From contig JAPLVK010000021.1 in NCBI GenBank assembly GCA_026397175.1, positions 56,989 to 120,988 on the forward strand: DNA of 64,000 nt, read 5' to 3'. Below, piece after piece: positions 57,754 through 64,000 of the stretch; positions within the stretch are counted from its first letter, which is position 1, and the number at the start of each line of letters is the position of its first letter. This DNA is from Candidatus Berkelbacteria bacterium (GTDB lineage: Bacteria; Patescibacteriota; UBA1384; DTJR01). A program made the translations under genes and the position numbers. The notes beneath the pieces are model-generated. The model searched no databases, was not told where the DNA came from, and saw only the letters and a program-made list of their open reading frames with translations.

Positions 57754-58455
57754 ATGACCGAAAAATACAGACAATTTGCAGCAGGACAAAATGCAGTGAA
57801 TAATTTGCTCTCGGGCAAATATTCGCTGACTCGGGCCATGAAACCACCGGCCAAGAAAATTCTTGGCTGCATAGACGACGGAATCGAAGAAGCGCAAAGC
57901 AGGGCGGCGGGATCGTACATTCTTCTCGGGGAAGACGAAGCGATGAAGTTGGTTTGGCAAAACGGCTTTGAGTACATCGGATTTCACGATGACTGCGGAG
58001 CTGTCAAGAAATACCTTGAAGATAAGGGTGTTTTCGAACCATCGTCCGAGCAAGTAAACCAAGAGTCCAAACGGTGGGCGAAGCGTTTGGCTCAACTCAC
58101 GAAATGCAAAGCCAAAAAGATGGAATTGACTCGCGGTCATCATCACGAGGCGCGCATTGCATACTACGATGGCACTGGCAAGATGACCAGCACGATGGGG
58201 CTGCCCAAGGGATTTATTATTTCAAGGGGAGTTTTGCGCCGCGACTACGCATGTTCCGAGATGGTAACGGCAACCGATATCGCCTTCAACCATGGCTTCA
58301 ACGAACTATATTCTCCAGAACGCTCGTTTATTTGGGCGGCTCTCGGCAAAGATCAAAACCACGCCGCAGAGCTTGAAGGGGAACTCAAACCCATACTTTC
58401 TCGTCTCACGCATTTTGAGTTGGGAGCGATCAAGGTCATCGCGATTTCTCTCTAG
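57754..58455 (+). CDS. Hypothetical protein with beta-carbonic-anhydrase-like metal ligands
   Basis: GGAGG RBS; CID..G..HDDCGA (CxD/HxxC); function inferred only. Confidence 0.55.
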   Translation: MTEKYRQFAAGQNAVNNLLSGKYSLTRAMKPPAKKILGCIDDGIEEAQSRAAGSYILLGEDEAMKLVWQNGFEYIGFHDDCGAVKKYLEDKGVFEPSSEQVNQESKRWAKRLAQLTKCKAKKMELTRGHHHEARIAYYDGTGKMTSTMGLPKGFIISRGVLRRDYACSEMVTATDIAFNHGFNELYSPERSFIWAALGKDQNHAAELEGELKPILSRLTHFELGAIKVIAISL

Positions 58456-58516
58456 CGTCTCTGCCACCAAATCCAACCTACGAGGTCGGATTTAGAGGTG
58501 AGATTCTTCACAGGCG

Positions 58517-58636
58517 ATCGGAGTCCTTATTTTTTTAAGGATCTCGATCGCCTGTTTTGTTATACAAATTTTCCGATCGGAAAATTTGTATAACAAAACA
58601 GGCGATCGAGATCCTTAAAAAAATAAGGACTCCGAT
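58517..58636. repeat. Perfect 120-bp spacerless palindrome centred on CGATCG
   Basis: 60-nt arms checked base by base. Confidence 0.9.
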
Positions 58637-58909
58637 TGGCAAAACTGCTGACAGCTAAGAGATGTTAGTGGTAGATATATAAATTTTCTGTACGGAAAAA
58701 TCGTATATTTTAACAGTTTTATTTTTTAATTTATATTTTTATTTATGATCACATTTATACAAAAAGAAACGATCGTTCCGTTTTGTATAACAGAATTTAT
58801 ATTTTTTGTTTTTAAAATTTTTAAATTGCAAAAATTTGCATTGGGGGTTTAAATTTGATTCAATAAAATACTCACCTGATATGGTGAGAAGTCGCAACTT
58901 GACATCGAA

Positions 58910-59707
58910 ATGGAGGCAAGAGAAATGAACGGTAATTTTTTGGGTCGTTTGTCATTGAAGGATATCGTCGCGATGACCGAGGTGGTATCTCCAGAGATCA
59001 TTGCCGAGGAGATTGTCCAAGGTGGTCTGGTTCATATCCGCAATGTGGCTGATGGCGAGGAGGCGTATCACTACTCGAGCGGTAACTGGGGACCGATGTA
59101 TGTAACTGTCAAAGGGGGGTGCAGCAACCAGAACTTGTTCAAATTTATGGCACGCCAGCTTTCTCTGCGTGTCAGCGACATCACCGACTTCGATTTCGTT
59201 GCTGGGCTTGTAACTGGTGGCGTTCCGCCCTCGATCTACCTGCGGGACTGGGTGCAGGAAATGCAAGACAGGGAAATTCCCTGGGTTTACATTCGGGACA
59301 CACGCAAGCTTGGCGGCACCAAGGAGCATGTGACCGGACTCTATATGCCGAACGGCCAGCGTAGTTTGTTCATACCCGAGGGCGCAGTTGGGTTAGTGGT
59401 GGAAGAACTGGTGAACTATGCCAACTCGACTACCAATGGGGCTATTTTGCTCCGGAGTGAAGAGTGTAAGTGTGGCTGTCGCCGGGGTGTAACCATCTTG
59501 GATTATGACAACCCTGTAGCGCACAAATATCGTGCCAAGTACAATGTCGAACTGACTAGCGTGGTCAAGATGACCGAAGTGCTGGATGCTATCCAGCGGA
59601 TTGGTCTCTACTCTGACGATTTGGTCGAGGATGCCCGCTGGTCACAACGCGACCCGCAGGAATGGATGGGTTTCTACGGTCTCGAGAAGACGGAACTCAA
59701 GAAGTAA
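58910..59707 (+). CDS. pyrE: Orotate phosphoribosyltransferase-like protein (divergent)
   Basis: YSSG..P.Y, YIRD..K..G, VVEELV PRPP-loop-like; adjacent to pyrF. Confidence 0.7.
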   Translation: MEAREMNGNFLGRLSLKDIVAMTEVVSPEIIAEEIVQGGLVHIRNVADGEEAYHYSSGNWGPMYVTVKGGCSNQNLFKFMARQLSLRVSDITDFDFVAGLVTGGVPPSIYLRDWVQEMQDREIPWVYIRDTRKLGGTKEHVTGLYMPNGQRSLFIPEGAVGLVVEELVNYANSTTNGAILLRSEECKCGCRRGVTILDYDNPVAHKYRAKYNVELTSVVKMTEVLDAIQRIGLYSDDLVEDARWSQRDPQEWMGFYGLEKTELKK

Positions 59708-59756
59708 CCATAGGTGCGTGATTAAGCGCCTGAATGATTAATAGGGATGTGTAAAC

Positions 59757-60503
59757 ATGGATCGTGACGCGATGGTTAAAACTCTGCCACTACTTTTCGT
59801 AGCACTCGACGACTCGTCGCTACCGAAGGTGATGGAGCGTGCCAGTACCGTTACACAGGTGACTGGCAATTACGGCTTCAAGGTCAACCTCGATGCTATG
59901 CTGGGTGTCGGTGTCGAGAACGCGCTCAATGCTGTTGCCCAGTTCGGGAAGCCGATCTTCGCCGACTTCAAGATGTACAATGGTGCTCGGACGATGTCCG
60001 AGATGGTGCAGGCGGCCGCTCGCAGTGGTGCTGTGCTCACCAATGTGTTTGCCGGTAATGCTCCCAACCTTCTCCGGAAAGTGGCCATAGCGGCCTCTGG
60101 TGATGAGGAGCATAAGGTGCCACCGATCTTGGTCTATGGCATCGGCCCCTTGACACACCTAACTGACGAGGACTGCCAGTGTATCTACGGCTGCAATTTT
60201 GAAGCAGCCACAGTACGCCTGGGCGAAATCACGGTGAAGGCAGGTTTGGATGGTTACATTGGCCCGGGCAGAATGAACCGTGCCTTGAACATCTTACAGC
60301 TCCCGCTTCTCAACCCGGCAGTCAGGCCTGACTGGTACGAGGACCCGAAGGCCAATGACCAGGAGCAGACGGTAACGCCAACCCAAGCGATTGTCGTTGC
60401 CGAGAAAAAGGTTGTACTCGTCTGCGGCAGCCCAATCTTCAAGAGCCCAGACCCGGAAGCGGCGCTCAAGAGGATTCTCGACGAGATCGCCAGAGCCGCC
60501 TAA
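59757..60503 (+). CDS. pyrF: OMP decarboxylase-like protein (divergent)
   Basis: LFVALD, GFKV, FADFK, PAVRP, DQ....TP, GSPI. Confidence 0.8.
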   Translation: MDRDAMVKTLPLLFVALDDSSLPKVMERASTVTQVTGNYGFKVNLDAMLGVGVENALNAVAQFGKPIFADFKMYNGARTMSEMVQAAARSGAVLTNVFAGNAPNLLRKVAIAASGDEEHKVPPILVYGIGPLTHLTDEDCQCIYGCNFEAATVRLGEITVKAGLDGYIGPGRMNRALNILQLPLLNPAVRPDWYEDPKANDQEQTVTPTQAIVVAEKKVVLVCGSPIFKSPDPEAALKRILDEIARAA

Positions 60504-60537
60504 TCGGCCAAACCGCCTGACACAAGGAGGAATCAAT

Positions 60538-60717
60538 ATGTGTCTGGCTAATCCGTCAGGTCTTACCTCGCGCGACACAGCGAGTAGTATCTCCGACATT
60601 GCGAAGACCTGCTGCGTCTGTGGCTACGAACTCGACCCGGGTGACTATGATCCCGAGAAGAGCCCATTTGCCCAGAAGCACAAAACCAGGGTTTTATGCT
60701 CCACTTCGAGCAAGTAG
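60538..60717 (+). CDS. Small Cys-containing hypothetical protein (59 aa)
   Basis: AAGGAGG RBS before ATG 60538; terminator follows. Confidence 0.5.
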   Translation: MCLANPSGLTSRDTASSISDIAKTCCVCGYELDPGDYDPEKSPFAQKHKTRVLCSTSSK

Positions 60718-60730
60718 CTTACCATTCAGG

Positions 60731-60771
60731 GCCAGCACCCGCATCTTATCGGGGTTGCTGGCTCTTTTTTT
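60731..60771 (+). terminator. Intrinsic terminator of the pyrE-pyrF unit
   Basis: GCCAGCA..TGCTGGC stem plus T tract. Confidence 0.7.
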
Positions 60772-60824
60772 ACCCCTCACTTTATAAACTTTTAACTTTA
60801 CGAACTTTATGAACTATCTTTTTG

Positions 60825-60853
60825 TTGACATCCTTTCAAAAATTTAGTATTCT
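60825..60853 (+). promoter_or_regulatory. rRNA promoter
   Basis: TTGACA-17-TATTCT about 300 nt upstream of the 16S. Confidence 0.65.
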
Positions 60854-61312
60854 CATTCTTGGAGGCAATTTGGCTTACAATTTTTGACATTAGATAGAAC
60901 ATAAAGCAGAGCAAGCCCAGCTTTCTGCTGGGCTATTATAGTCAAAAAAAACCAAAAGCCCTGAAATTTGACAAATGGATTTCCTGTTAACCCATTAGAC
61001 CTGGGAGCATTTAAATATGCATTAACGGGAAAAATCATCGGTTTGACAAAACCAGATGAGGAAGTGTTGAGGACACTTTACAGAAAAAATCCTCGTCAAT
61101 TCAAATTGAATTAAAGAGCCAGAATTGCTTTCAAGGCAATTCACTCAAATTCTTTACTAAGAGTTTGATCCTGGCTCAGGATGAACGCTAGCGGTGTACC
61201 TAAAACATGCAAGTCGTACGCTTGTAAAAGCGTGGCGAACGGGTGAGTAACGCGTGGGAATCTGCCTCAATCCGGGAAATACCTTGCCGAAAGGTGAGTT
61301 AATGTCCCATGA

Positions 61313-61739
61313 GATGGTAGCTAGTCATTGGTAGTTAGTTACTGGTAAAATGAGTTCATGATTTATAATGGACTCGATGTCTATAAACGAGCATACAAGT
61401 TGGCAATAGAAATACATAAGTTCTCCTTAGAACTTCCAAGATATTTACATAATGATATCGGAAGTCAAATAAGAAGATCCTCAAGATCGATTCCTTCTCA
61501 AATAGCAGAAGGTTTCTCTAGAAATAAATCAGATAAAGACAAGAAAAATTTCTTAAGAGATGCTCTTGGCTCAAACGAAGAAATGCTCTTCAATCTCAAG
61601 TTTATGAGAGATACGGATCTTATAAATTTAGAGAAGTATGAGTATTTCTTTAGCGAGTATGTTATCTGCGGAAAGCAGCTAATGAACTTGATGAAAAGTA
61701 TAGATACCAGAAACTAGCGACTAGCGACTAGTTACCATC
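61313..61739 (+). mobile_element. 16S intervening sequence closed by a ~35-bp heptamer-repeat stem
   Basis: Arms 61313-61347 and 61705-61739 pair with G-U wobbles and enclose an ORF. Confidence 0.88.
61358..61717 (+). CDS. Four-helix-bundle intervening-sequence protein (23S rRNA IVP family)
   Basis: LDVYKRAYKLAIEIH..SQIRRSSRSIPSQIAEGFSR..ALGSNEE. Confidence 0.9.
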   Translation: MIYNGLDVYKRAYKLAIEIHKFSLELPRYLHNDIGSQIRRSSRSIPSQIAEGFSRNKSDKDKKNFLRDALGSNEEMLFNLKFMRDTDLINLEKYEYFFSEYVICGKQLMNLMKSIDTRN

Positions 61740-62279
61740 AAAGCTCCGGCGGATTGAGAGGAGCCTGCGTCCTATCAGCTTGTTGGTGGGGTAAAAGCCT
61801 ACCAAGGCAACGACGGGTAGCTGGTCTGAGAGGATGGTCAGCCACAATGGGACTGAGACACGGCCCATACACCTACGGGTGGCAGCAGTTAGGAATCGTA
61901 CACAATGGGGGAAACCCTGATGTCGTGACACCGCGTGAAGGATGAAGGTTTTCGGATCGTAAACTTCTTTTCTATGGGAGGATTATGACTTAACCATAGG
62001 AATAAGCATCGGCTAACTACGTGCCAGAAGCCTCGGTAATACGTAGGATGCGAGCGTTATCCGGTCTTATTGGGCGTAAAGAGCGCGTAGGCGGCCCGGC
62101 AAGTCCAATCTTAAATCCCATGGCTCAACCATGGAGCTGGATTGGATACTACCTGGCTTGAACACTTGCAGGGGTATGCGGAATCTACGGTGTAGGAGTA
62201 AAATCCATTGATATCGTAGAGAACACCAATGGCGAAGGCAGCTTGCTAGGCATTCACTGACGCTGAGGCGCGAAAGCGT

Positions 62280-62313
<34 letters not shown>

Positions 62314-62815
62314 ACGCCGTAAACGATGCGGACTAGGTATTGGGATCATCGACCGTCCTTGTACCAAAGCAAACGCGTTAAGTCCGCCGCCTGGGGAGTA
62401 CGAGCGCAAGCTTAAAACTCAAAGGAATTGGCGGGGGCTCGCACAAGCGGTGGAACATGTGGTTTAATTCGACAGTAAGCGGAGCACCTCACCAAGGTTT
62501 GACATCTATGGAATCCTGATGAAAGTCGGGAGTGCCCGCAAGGGAGCCGTAAGACAGGTGCTGCACGGTCGTCGTCAGCTCGCGGCATGAGCTGTTCCGT
62601 TAACTCGGGACACGAGCGCAACCCCGATCGTCTGTTAAATTTCCACACGTGTTACAATGGCCGGTACAGAGGGTTGCAATATCGCGAGATGGAGCTAATC
62701 CCTAAAGCCGGTCCCAGTTCGGATTGGAGTCTGAAACTCGACTACATGCAGTCGGAATTGCTAGTAACCGTAGATCAGAACGATCCGGTGAATACGTCCT
62801 CGAGCCTTGCACACA

Positions 62816-63647
62816 AATGTAAAGACGCATGGCAGTTTGATTAACTAAGTCGTGGAAATCGACTCCTCCGATACGCCATCGGAGCGTAGCTTAAAGCAGG
62901 TCCAACCTCGTGAGAGATGGACTAGAGGGCTAAATGGCAATTTGCAGCGGGCAGGCGAAAACCTGTACTGACTTATGTTAGGCGGTTGTGGCCTAGGGAA
63001 AGTACAATAAAAAGGTTGCTCGATGTAGAAAATAGCTAATCAAATGATCCATGGAGATCTTGCCTATGATAACGCAAACAAGGGCAAGAAGTCAGCCTGT
63101 TCATAGTAGACGCTGTGGTATAATGTATTTACCATGACGCAGCGTCAAAGGGACAGACCTAAGATTCTGTCACCAGAATATCTAGTCGGCTTAACTGATG
63201 GCGAAGGTTGCTTTTATGTTAACATTCGCCCGCCGCGATCAAAAAATGGCTTGCCTCAAGTAGAATTTCATTTCTACATTAAGTTAAGAGGCGACCACTT
63301 GGATCTTCTAAAAAAAGTCCAAAAATCTTTTGGTTGCGGAGCAGTGTATCGCCAAGCCGAGAAGCGAGCAAATCATAGCGAATGCTATCGGTTTGAAATA
63401 AACTCGCGAAAAGATATAAATCGTGTACTAGTACCGTTTTTCTTGCACTATCCCTTGCAGGGTCCGAAATCAAATGATTTTGCGACCTTCTGTAAAATTT
63501 TCAACCTTGTTTTGCAAGGTGAGAATAGTACAGAAAAGGGACTAGTTAAAATTAAACGGTTGAAAGAAAAAATGAATCTTGGGGCCCGCCGAGTGTGGAA
63601 AATCCGCTTGCTCGGTGGCAACGTGAAGTAGCGTTAACTATCACAAT
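62816..63647 (+). mobile_element. Group II-like intron (832 nt) in the 16S after the E. coli-equivalent A1398
   Basis: Interrupts CTTGCACACA|CCGCCCGTCA; domain V-like hairpin, domain VI, AT 3' end, EBS1-like loop. Confidence 0.75.
63134..63631 (+). CDS. Single-motif LAGLIDADG homing endonuclease
   Basis: YLVGLTDGEGCF..FGCG.V..FF..YPL..K..DF. Confidence 0.93.
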   Translation: MTQRQRDRPKILSPEYLVGLTDGEGCFYVNIRPPRSKNGLPQVEFHFYIKLRGDHLDLLKKVQKSFGCGAVYRQAEKRANHSECYRFEINSRKDINRVLVPFFLHYPLQGPKSNDFATFCKIFNLVLQGENSTEKGLVKIKRLKEKMNLGARRVWKIRLLGGNVK

Positions 63648-64000
63648 CCGCCCGTCAAGGCAGGAAAGCCGGCAATGCCCGAATCACGATTTTTTCGTGA
63701 CACGGCAGGGTCGGTAATCAGGCCTAAGTCGTAACAAGGTATCCGTAGGGGAATCTGCGGATGGATCACCTCCTTTCTAGGGAGATAAACCCTGCGCCTC
63801 TTGGCGCAGCGGAAGATTATGGTTGATTTCCGGATTTATCCGGAATATCTCATCTGGTTTTGTCAGATCGAAAAATTTCGATTAGTACTATTTGGTTGGA
63901 AATCATAAATTCAAAACAGTTTAAAATTTGAGATTTAAAATTTATTTGATTTTTGGTGCTTTGGATTTGGTGCTTAAATTACTGCGTATCTAGTAGCTAA

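Noticed and set aside
10324-60717. Additional remote VRs in the other GC-rich genes
   Set aside because: The 3' ends of 10324..11145, 22437..22859, 57754..58455 and pyrE/pyrF show no similarity to the TR by eye.
62816-63647. Group I classification of the 16S intron
   Set aside because: The 5' exon does not end in U and the intron does not end in G; the 3' end fits group II domains V/VI. Not confirmed by a covariance model.
63780-64000. tRNA in the spacer after the 16S
   Set aside because: No cloverleaf or TTCGA T-loop is recognisable before the window ends.

Overview
A 64-kb chromosomal window from a reduced-genome bacterium using the standard code (TGA = stop). Gene content and an insertion-laden 16S gene point to Patescibacteria/CPR, possibly Berkelbacteria-like (inference). 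The housekeeping backbone is: atp operon, rsmI, tatD, typA, iscS-iscU, folD, ctpA, lemA, ligA, gatCAB, htrA, prmC-prfA-rpmE, rpsB-tsf-pyrH-frr-rseP-tpiA-pgk-fba, tig, clpP, pyrE-pyrF and a 16S rRNA gene. Main points of interest: (1) A complete chromosomal diversity-generating retroelement (43.0-45.8 kb) with all VR/TR differences at TR adenines, a frameshifting +1 insertion in the VR, and avd inverted between TR and RT. (2) A 16S gene with both a four-helix-bundle-encoding intervening sequence and a group II-like intron encoding a LAGLIDADG nuclease, plus an apparent ~100-nt gap. (3) Short-period tandem-repeat and small palindromic elements inserted in frame into six genes, one sharing its heptamer with the 16S IVS arms. 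(4) Secreted paralogues sharing an unrecognised GxGYY-NP/GWNLL/FWxY domain. (5) CGATCG-centred palindromes, including a pair bracketing a PaaX-like gene. (6) Several candidate small structured RNAs. All alignments and counts were done by eye; no searches were run.
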